From Octopus vulgaris (taxonomy: Eukaryota): DNA of 64,000 bases. The position numbers were made by a program, and so were the translations under genes. Each line of letters begins with the position of its first letter. The stretch's first letter is position 1. Below the pieces are notes generated by a model that made no database searches, was not told the origin of the DNA, and saw nothing but the letters and a program-made list of their open reading frames with translations. Positions 1 through 10,845 of this stretch are shown in pieces. The stretch covers positions 6,882,001 through 6,946,000 of the forward strand of contig OX597824.1 of assembly GCA_951406725.2 (NCBI GenBank). The letters run 5' to 3'.

Positions 1-145
1 TGATCGTCCCTATTTTTTTTCTTTTCACGATCCCTTTTGATCGGAATCCGACCCTTTTTTTTTCCTTCTCTTCTCCCCAAAATGAAAAACTCTACTTTGT
101 ATTTTGTCCCTTCTGTGTTCAGCCCTGCATGGCCAATAAAGAAAT
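1..145 (+). mobile_element. 3' end of a retroelement (probable LINE 3' UTR) sharing its terminal ~43 nt with SINE family B
   Basis: 103-145 TTTGTCCCTTCTGTGTTCAGCCCTGCATGGCCAATAAAGAAAT resembles the family B tail TTTGTCCCCTCTGTGTTTAGCCCCTTGTGGGCAATAAAGAAAT; the sequence upstream is unrelated to family B. Confidence 0.5.
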
Positions 146-257
146 CTATAACCTTATATTCCTGTCATTTACTGAATTTGGTAAGGAGTGTAATGGGGGA
201 ATAAAATCCAGCCCTTCATTCTATTGTTACCATCTTCCATATAATCTCGTTTCTTAG

Positions 258-860
258 AAATCAATTACAGAAGCACCATTCAAATGGTTTACAGTGAAAG
301 AAGCTGAATAAGGTAGTGTCATTGGTCCATCTTGTATAGTTTAAGAAACATTTAATATAGATCCAGAAATAGCAGCAAAATGAGAGGACATTAGGAAGGA
401 GCATGGAAAATGGTTTCTTGATCCCTGGCAAAAGTTCAACAAGTGTTATCGGGTAATTAAGCTACCTGAGCTTGACAAATGCATGGCAGAGCATCAAGAA
501 AGCACAGCAAAGTGCAAAGACATTTTCGAAATTATCGAGAACAGGATGAAGAACGTATTCTCCTCTGTGTTCAGGGTTAGGAATTTTTCAATGTTGGATG
601 ACAGCTTTTCACCAAAGTTGTCAAATGAATGGAAGCCTTCCTCTTAAATAGCAATCATGATTGCTTGTCACCTATAAATCTCTGTTTTTCATTTGCAGAA
701 CGTTTCTTTGCAATGTGAACAAGTAAATTGGAATAGTTTAAAACAACATTTAATATAGATCCAGAAATAGCAGCAATATGAAGAGGACATTAGGAAAATT
801 GATAGAATTATGCAAGATGTCATCTAGTCAACATGTAGAATGGCACAACCAGCTTACGTG
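258..860 (+). pseudogene. Decayed coding-like segment(s) with an internal ~62 bp repeat; possibly upstream exons of the NOS-like pseudogene
   Basis: After the acceptor-like TCGTTTCTTAG one frame reads KSITEAPFKWFTVKEAE*GSVIGPSCIV*ETFNIDPEIAAK*EDIRKEHGKWFLDPWQKFNKCYRVIKLPELDKCMAEHQ...; a second acceptor TTTTTCATTTGCAG lies near 698; ~336-398 is repeated at ~733-796; family not recognised. Confidence 0.3.
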
Positions 861-1093
861 ATTTATTATACTTCTGAATAAACTCTGTTAATATGTATTG
901 AGGATTAGAGAAATTTGGTAAGACTGGTATTAAGCATTATGTCTGTTCTTTCAAACTACAACAGTTTTTTTTCTATCAATTCTATTCTATAGAATACAGA
1001 TCAATATTGAGAATACTGAACCAATAGAATATAACGATTATATAAGAGAATGCATAATAATATGATATACTTACAAAGAACTATTTATGTATG

Positions 1094-1169
<76 letters not shown>

Positions 1170-1171
<2 letters not shown>

Positions 1172-1360
1172 AATCCCAGAAATCGAAGAACAAACGCATA
1201 AGAGAAAAAACAACAACACGAGGATGTGGTGCATGCAAAATATTATCAGATACTCAGGGAAGGAAAGAAAGGTGGTTTTATGTTTCAAGCAGATGCACTT
1301 CTTCAGAAACAGGAGACAGAGGAAAGTCCCAGAGAAAAGGAAGACAGAGGAAAAAAATAT
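1170..1360 (-). mobile_element. Non-autonomous Penelope-like fragment with degenerate minimal hammerhead (1275-1310)
   Basis: Minus strand GTTT-CTGAAGA-A-GTGCATCTGCTT-GAAA-CAT-A-AAAC; related to 23790-24005. Confidence 0.55.
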
Positions 1361-1371
1361 ATAGGTATACG

Positions 1372-1415
<44 letters not shown>

Positions 1416-1423
1416 GTGTATAT

Positions 1424-1607
1424 ATCATCATCATCATCGTTTAACGTCCATTTTCCATGCTAGCATGGGTTGGACGATTTGACTGAGGGCTGGCGAACCA
1501 GACGGCCGCACCAGGCTCTAATCTTGATCTGGCAGAGTTTCTACGGCTGGATGCCCTTCCTAACGCCAACCACTCCGAGAGTGTAGTAGGTGCTTTTACG
1601 TGCCAGT
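1424..1607 (-). mobile_element. SINE-like family C 3' part with (ATG)n tail
   Basis: GGTTGGCGTTAGGAAGGGCATCCAG...CATGGAAAATGGACGTTAAACGATGATG on minus; more than 10 copies in the window. Confidence 0.85.
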
Positions 1608-1614
1608 CAGGCAG

Positions 1615-1663
<49 letters not shown>

Positions 1664-2221
1664 AAAGAGCAATGTATGTATATGTATTGCAGTTGCTGAA
1701 CTATAGTGTCACTGCTTACAGGTTTCCAGTCAGACACTCGCTGGTCCATAGGGAGGGTGAAAAGGGGAGTGTCTAAAGCTCAGGGCAAAAAGAACATATC
1801 AAGGGGCTTCGTTCATAACACACCCACTTTGCCTTTTGCCTATTTAGTTATTTTTACCAATCTTCAGAGACTTTGTTGTTATAATTCAGTGAATAAAGCA
1901 TATATCCACACATATAAACATGTGTATACATACACCGGATAGCTACAGCATAGTTAGCATCTGTTGAGTTCCATATACAGGTTATTGGCCAACCTGTGTT
2001 TATGATGGAAGGCAGTCATCTGATGTGCCATGCAAGTGAAATGATATGAAGTACATTTTTTAACCACGTGGCCATCCCTCCTGCCCACATCAATAAGAAT
2101 TACTTTATAAGCATAACCAGTTTACATAATTAAATTCAAAATGTTAAGAAAACTCATGTCTAAAGAAATAATTCTTGGCATGTTGATTAATCCACTGAAA
2201 AGGCAGGAAATCCTTTCTACT

Positions 2222-2765
2222 GAAGGTACAAGGCTTTGAAATTTCTGGGGAGGGGATTAATTGATTACATTGACCCCAGTATTCCACTGGTACTTAATTT
2301 ATCGACTCCAAAGGGATGAAAGGCAAAGTCAACTGTGGTGGAATTTGAACTCAGAACGTAAAGGTGGGTGAAATACCTATTTCTTTACTACCCACAAGGG
2401 GCTAAACATAGAAGAGACAAACAAGGACAGATAAAGGGATTAAGTCAATTTCATTGATCCCAGTGCGTAACTGGTATTTAATTTATCGACCCCAAAAGGA
2501 TGAAAGGCAAAGTCAACCGTGGTGGAATTTGAACTCAGAACGTAGTGGCAGACAAAATACCTATTTCTTTACTACCCACAAGGGGCTAAACACAGAGAGA
2601 ATAAACAAGGACAGACAAATGGATTAAATTGATTGTATTGACCCCAGTACATAACTGGTACTTATTTAATCAGCCCCGTAAGGTTGAAAGACAAAGTCGA
2701 CCTCGGCGGAATTTGAACTCAGAACGTAAACGGCAGACGAAATACCACTTAGCGTTTCATCCAGA
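2222..2765 (-). mobile_element. SINE family B tandem array (two young units plus one old-subfamily unit)
   Basis: ~184 bp units joined at GAAATA|GGTATTT (2370-2383, 2555-2567); the last unit ends in a different tail (CCCCTCCCCAGAAATTTCAAAGCCTTGTACC). Confidence 0.9.
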
Positions 2766-2853
2766 GGAAAAGTCAGGAAATCAATCAAAAGACAGGTGCA
2801 ACATGTAAGTCTTAAGGATCATGCTCTTTGATTAGCAGAGTTTATTTCCTTAG

Positions 2854-3123
2854 GGAAGCCAGGCCATCAACTATCCCTGGAAGGGCCCTACAAGTACTGG
2901 AAACGGGGGAAGAGGCAAAATGACATGTTTAATAGAGAGAGAGATGATGGTTTCAAACTTTTTGAAATTAGCCAAATGCCATGATGAAGGAAAAAGAATG
3001 GTAAGGATGCAAATTGCATTCTGTCTCCTGGATTTTATTAATGAATCAGCTTCAAATTCTGAGAATGGTTCTGAATACAAGAGGCAGCTGAAGACGGCCA
3101 GAAAGGACAATGGCCATTATAAC
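2854..3123 (+). pseudogene. NOS-like exon remnant 1 (open frame)
   Basis: Acceptor TTTATTTCCTTAG; GSQAINYPWK...LLDFINESASNSENGSEYKRQLKTARKDNGHYN resembles NOS A(K/I)(D/E)FINQYY...GTYQLT; donor-like GTGACT at 3124 (alternative GTAAGG at 3001). Confidence 0.5.
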
Positions 3124-3257
3124 GTGACTATAACAACCAAGACGATAACTAGTTTGACTACATCAATGCATGCCTCTGTGTGTGTGTATGTCTACACTTA
3201 CACTCACACACACACATTTATATATATATACACATACACTCACATGCAGAATATACA

Positions 3258-3300
<43 letters not shown>

Positions 3301-3575
3301 GTACACATAGATATACATACATATATACATACATACATACATATATACATACATACATGCATACATACATATACATGCATACATGTACAAACTCATAGAT
3401 GCCTGAGTGTGTGTAGATGTATGTATTATGTATACACATACATATTTGTAGACATAAGAGGAATGCCTTTTCTTTCAAATATTCTACATTGTGGACAAGA
3501 CTGCAATCAATCTATTATTATTATTATTATTATTACTGTCATATTGTTATTATTATTATTATTATTACTGTCATA

Positions 3576-3637
<62 letters not shown>

Positions 3638-3654
3638 TATTTATTATGTTTCAG

Positions 3655-3954
3655 CATCAGAATAAGTCAAAAGTTCATAACAATTATGATTATATTGAAA
3701 GATAGGCTAAACATACAGCATGGTTTAAAATCGTACAAAGGAGCACATCAGGTCATCAGAAAATGGAATGCTATGTTGGTGAAATGAATTGTGAAAACCA
3801 GATTGATAAGAGATGCTTAGGTCGCATTGCGGTTGTAAATTTAATGAATCCAAAATGGAAACACGTTTGTACATGCACAGCCACCAAGCATCGCATGTTT
3901 TTTGGAACAAAATTTCTTAGCATGATTCCAACATATCTTTGAAAAAGCCAGCAG
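3655..3954 (+). pseudogene. NOS-like exon remnant 2 containing the heme-thiolate Cys motif
   Basis: Acceptor TTATGTTTCAG; YIER*AKHTAW...DKRCLGRIAVVNL (Cys codon 3814-3816) versus nNOS AKHAWRNASRCVGRIQW; after a frameshift near the poly-T at ~3897, EQNFLA*FQHIFEKAS resembles EMFEAICNHIKYAT; donor GTTGAG at 3955. Confidence 0.62.
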
Positions 3955-4060
3955 GTTGAGTTAGTGTTTGCGTGGGTGTATGCATGTAAGAGTGTGTACA
4001 TGTGTGCATGTGTGCATGTGTACATGTGTGTGTGTGTGCATGTGTGTGTAGCAGAGTGAC

Positions 4061-4376
4061 AGCTTGATTTGCGAATTTTATCCACGTTTATTTGAGTAGT
4101 TATTTCAAGTATGTTCAATGGGCCGTAATGAATGCCTAACAAGGACCACGAGCAGGTAAACCACCTGACAGATCACCCCCCCACCCACACGGATATATTT
4201 GCACAGTCTCTCATGGGTTTTATGACAACCTGCAAATTTATCCCCAAACATTCTCGATGCCGACAATATTATACGGACTGCGAGTTGTTTGTGGACACAA
4301 GAAACTGATGGAATCACTGGGACATTCTCAAGAACTTAAATTAATGTACGAACAAGGTTTTCACCCATCAACACGT
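4061..4376 (+). pseudogene. NOS-like exon remnant 3
   Basis: SLICEFYPR (cf. SAITIFPQR); frameshift; VMNA*QGPRAGKPPDRS (cf. VWNAQLIRYAGYQMPDGS); EQGFHP at 4350-4367 (cf. QQGWKP). Confidence 0.55.
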
Positions 4377-4872
4377 TAAATGTATTTGGTAACCTAAGCT
4401 AGAATACATTTCCTTTGTATAACAAAATTGAGATACCTGAACAGGGAGATAGAGCAAACATATAATAAAATTAATACCTATAAAAACTAAAAGAGCAATT
4501 CTTCCATAAAAAAAGTAATCCTTTTTATACCATGGATAAACTAAAAGCTAATGGTGCACAGTATGTCTGCATCATGAGCTTGTGTATACAGATTTATGGA
4601 TGCTTGCGCAATATACATATGTATGTATATTTGTTTTTACGGGAGGTGCAAAATGGATGGATGGATGAAAGAAAGGACAGATGAGTGTAAAATGAAAGAA
4701 AATGATGGAATATAAAAAATATTTTGTATGCTTAGTTAATATAATCTTTTTAGTTCTTTTTACCAATTCATTCATATTGAGATGGAACATAAATATAAGT
4801 AGAATAATGTTTAAAATATAAAAAAAATACATATGAATGACGCAAACCAGTTTTATTATATTTTTTATACAG

Positions 4873-5398
4873 CTTTGGATCTAAAGAAACTGATGTAATT
4901 CCAGATAGAAAGATGAAAGATGTAATCACACTTGCTTTGGCACTTTCTTCCTTATTACCACAGAGCAGCCATTCCATGGTGAAATCAAAACAAGAAATGT
5001 CGACCATCAATAATTTTTATTTATTTGCTCCTTATAGCCAATAAAACACTTTTATACGTGTGCCTTTTATGGGCAATAAAACATTATAAAGCTTATATTC
5101 AACTGCTTTAAAAGCTATGGAGAATTAATTTTTTAATATAATGGTACGTTCGAAATCAATATCTAACAGTTATTTCCACACCGAAATTGACTTGGATAAC
5201 TAGTTAAAGCCATTATTGGTTTGGTTTCTAAGTCATTCCGAAGTTTGTGTTTCGAAACAACAAAGAAGATCCATCTAAAGACGATAAGACTCTGAAGTGG
5301 ATGGATCCAAAAATCTAGTAGTTCTACAAATTCCAACTGAGCAGATAACTTAAAATTTCAAAAGTGCATTTCAAGACAAAGCACAATTATTAACAACA
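4873..5398 (+). pseudogene. NOS-like exon remnant 4 containing the substrate-binding Glu motif
   Basis: Acceptor TTTTTTATACAG; DVITLAL (DVLPLVL), IRVPF (LEVPM), ALKAMEN (ALPAVAN), NSYFHTEI with TEI at 5180-5188 (NGWYMGTEI), LKWMD (SLWKD, in a shifted frame), SAFQ (HSFQ); stops at 5042, 5087, 5126, 5201. Confidence 0.6.
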
Positions 5399-5433
5399 AT
5401 AAGAAGACCTGACTTATATTGCATGCAATTTCT

Positions 5434-5661
5434 TTAACCCTTTCATTACTGTATTTATTTTAAAATGCTCCGTGTTTCTTTCAATTACTTTAAATATAAC
5501 AAAGAATTTAGTAAAATAATTTAGTTATCATTAAGCTAGTGTTAGGAATATAAATTGTGACTTAAGTTTGGTGGAAGATTTTAATTCAGAACTTTTGAAA
5601 ACAAGACATTTGTACTCAGATCCAGAGCCACTTTCAGCCAGGTTAGTATCAAAAAGGTTAA
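5434..5661 (+). mobile_element. piggyBac-type MITE (family M1), copy 1
   Basis: TTAA-CCCTTTCATTAC ... GTATCAAAAAGG-TTAA; homologous to 5685-5915 and 48953-49391. Confidence 0.85.
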
Positions 5662-5684
5662 GAATTGCTTCTCTATTATATATT

Positions 5685-5915
5685 TTAACCCTTTCATTAC
5701 CATATTTCTGTTTGAGAGGCTCTGTGTTTCTTTCAATTAATTTCAAAATATAACAAAGAATTTAGTAAAATAACTTGGTTATCATTAAGCTAGTGTTAGG
5801 AATATAAATTGTGACAAAGGTTTGGTGGAAGATTTTAATTCAAAACTCATGGAAACAAGACATTTATACTCAGAGCCAGAGGCAGTTTCAGCCGGGTTGG
5901 TAATGAAAGGGTTAA
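5685..5915 (+). mobile_element. piggyBac-type MITE (family M1), copy 2
   Basis: Perfect TIR CCCTTTCATTACCA / TGGTAATGAAAGGG flanked by TTAA on both sides. Confidence 0.9.
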
Positions 5916-5917
5916 AG

Positions 5918-6073
5918 GGTGTGATTGATTTGTTATGGTACAATGAAAACAAGGAGAGATCTTTGGCAGGTTTCTTACTAATGCCACATCAAAGTTGTTC
6001 TCCAGATGTTGACTGGTGCGGCAATTTTCAATATAGGAAACTAGAAACCACCTTACACCAAAACAAGCTGTAA
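5918..6073 (+). pseudogene. NOS-like exon remnant 5 (end of oxygenase domain)
   Basis: Removing the two MITEs restores a pyrimidine tract ending TTTTAAAG; GVIDLLWYNENKER...CSPDVDW...TTLHQNKL* resembles MQNEYRSRGGCPADW...TPVFHQEML. Confidence 0.5.
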
Positions 6074-6362
6074 ATCGTTAGGGCATGGATGATGGCATCG
6101 GAATGATGAAACTGGGATGGAGATTTTTCATATTTGAAATCTAAATTGAATCAGTTGTAATGATATGAAGATGCATTAAGGAATCTTCAACTTAATAATA
6201 TGCAGAAAGTGTGTAATTATACTGATTGGGGAAATCGAATTAAATTATAAATAGTATATAAAGAAATAAATATGGTTATATCTACATAGAAAATTAGAAA
6301 AAAAACACCTTTATAAAGTTATTATTCCCTCAAATAATAATTTTATGGTTATATATATATAT

Positions 6363-6395
<33 letters not shown>

Positions 6396-6882
6396 CATAC
6401 ATATATATATATATACATATATATATATGTAAATATATACATATATGTGGATGTATGTGTGTGTATATACGAGTATATATCATATACACATATGTATACA
6501 TACATATATATATATATATATATATTATATGCCCAAATGTATACATATATAGATATATATTACACACACGCATCTATATCATATACACATCATCATCATC
6601 ATCTTTTAACGTCTGTTTCCATACTGGCATGGGTTGGATGGTTTGAAAGAACTGGTAAGCTGGGGAGCTGCACCAGGGTTCCACTCTGATTCAGTATGGT
6701 TTCCAGGATTGTGGTTTCTACGATGTTTGGGGATTGATAAAATGAGCACCTTGCTTATGTAGCAGGGTGGGGACCAATACAAGAAACTAAAACCTTTAAA
6801 GGTGGTGCCACAGCATGGTTGTTACTCAATTACTGAAGCCAGTAAAGGAATATACATGTATATTCTTTATATACACACATAT

Positions 6883-7293
6883 GGCGCAGGAGTGGCAGTG
6901 TGGTAAATAGCTTGCTAACCAACCACATGGTTCCGGGTTCAGTCCCACTGTGTGGCATCTTGGGCAAGTGTCTTCTGCTATAGCCCCGGGCCGACCAATG
7001 CTTTGTGAGTGGATTTGGTAGACGGAAACTGAAAGAAGCCTGTCGTATATATGTATATATATATAAGTGTGTGTGTATATGTTTGTGTGTGTGTGTTTAT
7101 CCCCCTAGCATTGCTTGACAACCGATGCTGGTGTGTTTAGGTCCCCGTCACTTAGCGGTTCGGCAAAAGAGACCGATAGAATAAGTACTGGGCTTACAAA
7201 GAATAAGTCCCGGGGTCGATTTGCTCGACTAAAGGCGGTGCTCCAGCATGGCCGTAGTCAAATGACTGAAACAAGTAGAAGAGAGTAAAGAGT
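6883..7293 (+). mobile_element. tRNA-derived SINE family A, full length
   Basis: A-box-like GTGGCAGTGTGG, B-box-like GGTTCAGTCCC, central (TA/TG) microsatellite, GTAAAAGA-type tail; about 10 copies in the window. Confidence 0.9.
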
Positions 7294-7758
7294 ATATGCT
7301 GCTTCTTTTTCAATTAATTGAAAATAGCAAAAATAAAAATAAATCACAAAATAAATTTGTCATAATTAAGCTGGTGTCTGAAGCTTGAATTAACGAGAAA
7401 TTTTGATATAATGTTTAAATTTAGTTTTGTTTGCGGATTTGGTCAACAGATGAGCTGAGTTGGTGGGTCCCCCCCCCCACCACCATGTTTTTTAGTGGGT
7501 TTGTTGTATAGGTCTAAGATATGTCGGAGTCTATTTCTAGCTAAGGAGATCTTTGCTTCTGTTTCACTGTCAGTTTGGGGTAGGACACATACCCTTTCGT
7601 TAAAGGGTAAGTCTGTGGGGTAGATCCTCGTCATGCCACAAGATTTGTTGTTAGGGTTTAATTTAGGTAACTTAAAAAAAAAAAATTATAATTCTAGAAA
7701 AAGGGGTTGTCTCAGACGAGGTATTGATGATGATGGTAATATATATGTGTGTGTGTGT

Positions 7759-7988
7759 GGCGGCGAGCTGGTAGAAGCGTTAGCACTCCGGGCGAAATGC
7801 TAAGCGGTATTTCGTCTGCTGCTACGTTCTGAGTTCAAATCCCGCCGAGGTCAACTTTGCCTTTCATCCTTTCGGGGTCGATTAAATAAGTACCAGTTAC
7901 ACACTGGGGTCGATATAATCGACTTAATCCGTTTGTCTGTCCTTGTTTGTCCCGTCTGTGTTTAGCCCCTTGTGGGTAGTAAAGAAAT
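7759..7988 (+). mobile_element. SINE family B, full-length monomer
   Basis: Head GGCGGCGAGCTGG...GAGTTCAAATCCC; core GCCTTTCATCCTTTCGGGGTCGATTAAATAAGTACCAG (resembles the MetaSINE core as I recall it); tail AAAGAAAT. Confidence 0.9.
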
Positions 7989-8496
7989 ATATATATATGT
8001 GTATATCGATATATATATATATATATATCGAAAACGGATGCTAAACGATGATGATGATGATGATGATGTGTGTGTGTGTGTGTGTATACATGGAAAGAGT
8101 GCCAGTCAGATATCAATTCATCTAATCCAAAATACTCAGTTCAGAATATCTTAACAAAGGCATAAAACAAAGAAAGAATTTGGAAATAAAACAAAAACCC
8201 CCAAAAAAAAAAACATAAAAAATGTTCAGGGGGAGGGGGGCGGAATCTCATCTAAATGTGAACAAGAAGGAACTGCTTGGGAACATTGTCCTACCAGACT
8301 GTATAATCATTTATATTAGATGCAATAAAACTCTCAACTGAGCACAATTGTAGTAATTAAGAGTCGTAAACCAATGAAATGCAATAATTACAGACAAGGA
8401 ATCTAAACGAATAATTGCATTGTGTTAATTAGAGTTACAAGAGTTCAACAAGAAGCAATATTTTAGGGGGCAACACATATTGCAGGCTGTACACAT

Positions 8497-8621
8497 AGGT
8501 GTATATGCTTAAGAAGTTTAGTCTACAACTGCCTGGTTTGGGGTTCAATTCTACAACATGGCAAAGGTCTTTTGAAGGCATTTGGTAGACATAAACTGTA
8601 TGGAGCCCATTATATGTCAGA

Positions 8622-8667
<46 letters not shown>

Positions 8668-8715
8668 AATGATATATATAAAAGCACCATGTGAGCATGA
8701 TCGTTGCCAGGGCTG

Positions 8716-8746
<31 letters not shown>

Positions 8747-8942
8747 TGTGCGCGTATCTCGCCCACCAATATCGATCTATTTACATCTCTATAACTTAGC
8801 AGTTCAGCACAAGAAACTGACAGAATAAGAACCAGGCTTAAAAGTAAGTATTAGGGTTGATCTCAATTAACCAAGCTTTTCAAGGTGGTGCCCCAGTATG
8901 GCAGTGGCCCCATGACTGTAATGAGTAAAACCTAAAAGACAA
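8497..8942 (+). mobile_element. Degenerate SINE family A
   Basis: Diverged head, TTTGGTAGAC core and GGTGGTGCCCCAGTATGGC tail. Confidence 0.65.
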
Positions 8943-8974
8943 ACAAGAACACATGTCTATCCCAGACACCTGAG

Positions 8975-9125
8975 GCCTCCACTGGTCATCAATGACAATG
9001 GACGAAGGCCTTAGTTGTCTGTCCCACTGGTCCAGCATTTGCCGAGTGCTGAACAGTCCAATGCTTGAAGGGCAGTCTCTGTCACATAAGCTACAACTTA
9101 TGAGCTGTCCCAGTGATGTTTCAGT
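8975..9125 (-). mobile_element. RTE-clade LINE C-terminal remnant
   Basis: CSLCDRDCPSSIGLFS resembles the RTE/BovB C-terminal CxxCxRxCxSRIGLxSH motif. Confidence 0.5.
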
Positions 9126-9479
9126 TGTAGTTTCCACCACTCCAGTGTGGATTATTCAACAGGATCCAAGCCTGGAGAATACGGTATGGGTGACAGGATG
9201 TTACCCCTGCAGCATTCCCTCACACACCTTTCTGTACATCACTGATGAATCCAAAGAAAAAAGCACAATTTGACACCTGCAGTGTTACAAGAGTTGCTAG
9301 AATTAGTTTGAAATCTCTCTGAATCTCCTACACAGGTTGAGTCCCACCCACACACTAATCAGATCAATTTACCACACTGATTTGCAGATTTACCCATGGC
9401 TGAGATCCTGAAAGGTGCTATTACTCCAGGTCAACGTAGAACTAGTTCCTGCACCAGCTTCACATAGAAGCCCCAGCCC

Positions 9480-9868
9480 ATCCAAAGTGTCTTGGATCGC
9501 AGGACGGCCTGCTGTGCTTACCTTGAATCATAGGGCGACCTGCTGTGCTTGAGAAGACCTACTGGATCAAGTATATCAACATCAAAAAATCAAATGGAAA
9601 TTGTAGTTGTGATACATGTGCCGGTGGCACGTAAAAAGCACCATCTGAACATGGCTGATGCCAGTGCTGCCTTGTGCACTGGTGGCATGTAAAAAGCACC
9701 TACTACACTCAAGGAGTGGTTGGCGTTAGGAAGGGCATCCAGCTGTAGAAACACTGCCAGATCAGACTGGAGCCTGGTGCAACCTCCTGGCTTCCCAGAC
9801 CCTGGTCGAACCGACCAACCCATGCCAGCATGGAAAACGGATGTTAAACGATGATGATGACGATGATG
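9480..9868 (+). mobile_element. SINE-like family C
   Basis: GTGCCGGTGGCAC sub-repeats, GGAAGGGCATCCAGCTGTAGAAAC and (ATG)n tail. Confidence 0.85.
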
Positions 9869-10599
9869 AATAGTGGTTGAGAGGTTGCTCCACACTTCTC
9901 AAAACACTAGATAGAACTACTGAACTGGGGCCCCACTAATGGATGCAGTTCCAAGCCATACCTAGAACATTCGCCCATGCTAGTATAGGAAAAAATGGAC
10001 ATAAAACCAAATGAACAGGCAATGAGATTTGTTCTAAACAATGTAGAGAGTGATATCAGATAATGAAACATTGATAGAGTATACGTTCACACACACACAC
10101 AAATGTCTGTTGAAACTTTCTGATTGTAAATTAGTTTGCCAAATCGTCAATAAATAAAGTGAACAAACGAAAAGAAAGAGGAGCATTAGCTGTGTTCTCC
10201 TAGATTGTAACTGATATAAAATATTTGATTTAAGTGTCATCGGGAAGATTTAAAGGCTTCTTGTTGTGTCACCGATTCCAATAAAAATTCAATTTTAATC
10301 ATACAAAAATATTTTATGAGGTAAAGAGAAGGAAAAATTAAATCTCAATACTAAATCATATATTCAGATTTTTCATAGCATTGAAATTTCCATGTGTAGT
10401 TACAGAATTTGCATGCAGAGTAAGCAAAAATTTATTTAGAATGTGGAAGTTTATAAAAGACGAGCGAGATCTTTCATCACAAAGTTCAATGATCCTTATA
10501 AAAAAAATAGTGAAATTGCACAAACATCAGATAACATCTAAAGCATCAGATAAAATTCCATTTATGTCTAGATCAGCATCTTCTATTCTGAGTTCAAAT

Positions 10600-10845
10600 C
10601 TCATCTGTATCATCTCTTGTGAAAGGTAGAAGAGTCCAGTTTGCTGGACATTGTTGTAAAGCTGAAAATGAGGTAATTTCTACTCTTCTCCTCTGGAAGT
10701 CATCTACTCGCGATATCAGAGGGCGTACACTCTCCTACCCTGATGTAATCTCCAGGGATACAGGCATCCAGCAACAGGACCTCCGTAATGCTATGATGGA
10801 CCATGAAGTCTGGCGTAACATAGTAAGTTCCATTGTCTCAACCAT
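10600..10845 (+). mobile_element. 5'-truncated non-LTR retrotransposon (RTE-like) ORF2 C-terminus
   Basis: RRVQFAGHCCKAENEVISTLLLW...GRTLSYPDVISRDTG...MMDHEVWR matches the RRLxFAGH..R...LLW...GRP..Y.D....D......DR..WR pattern. Confidence 0.75.

Larger units (their letters stand above)
2854..6073 (+). pseudogene. Highly divergent nitric oxide synthase oxygenase-domain-like pseudogene (about 5 exon remnants)
   Basis: Collinear motif matches to NOS oxygenase: DFINE, GHYN, AKHTAW, RCLGRI, VMNA*QGPRAGKPPDRS, EQGFHP, DVITLAL, ALKAMEN, NSYFHTEI, LKWMD, SAFQ, YNENKER, CSPDVDW, TLHQNKL. Multiple in-frame stops and frameshifts; several canonical splice acceptors. Confidence 0.62.

Noticed and set aside
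3703-5203. A-to-I editing could rescue the TAG/TAA stops of the NOS-like locus as Trp
   Set aside because: Editing cannot repair the several frameshifts, and the stops mostly align to non-Trp positions, so pseudogene decay is simpler
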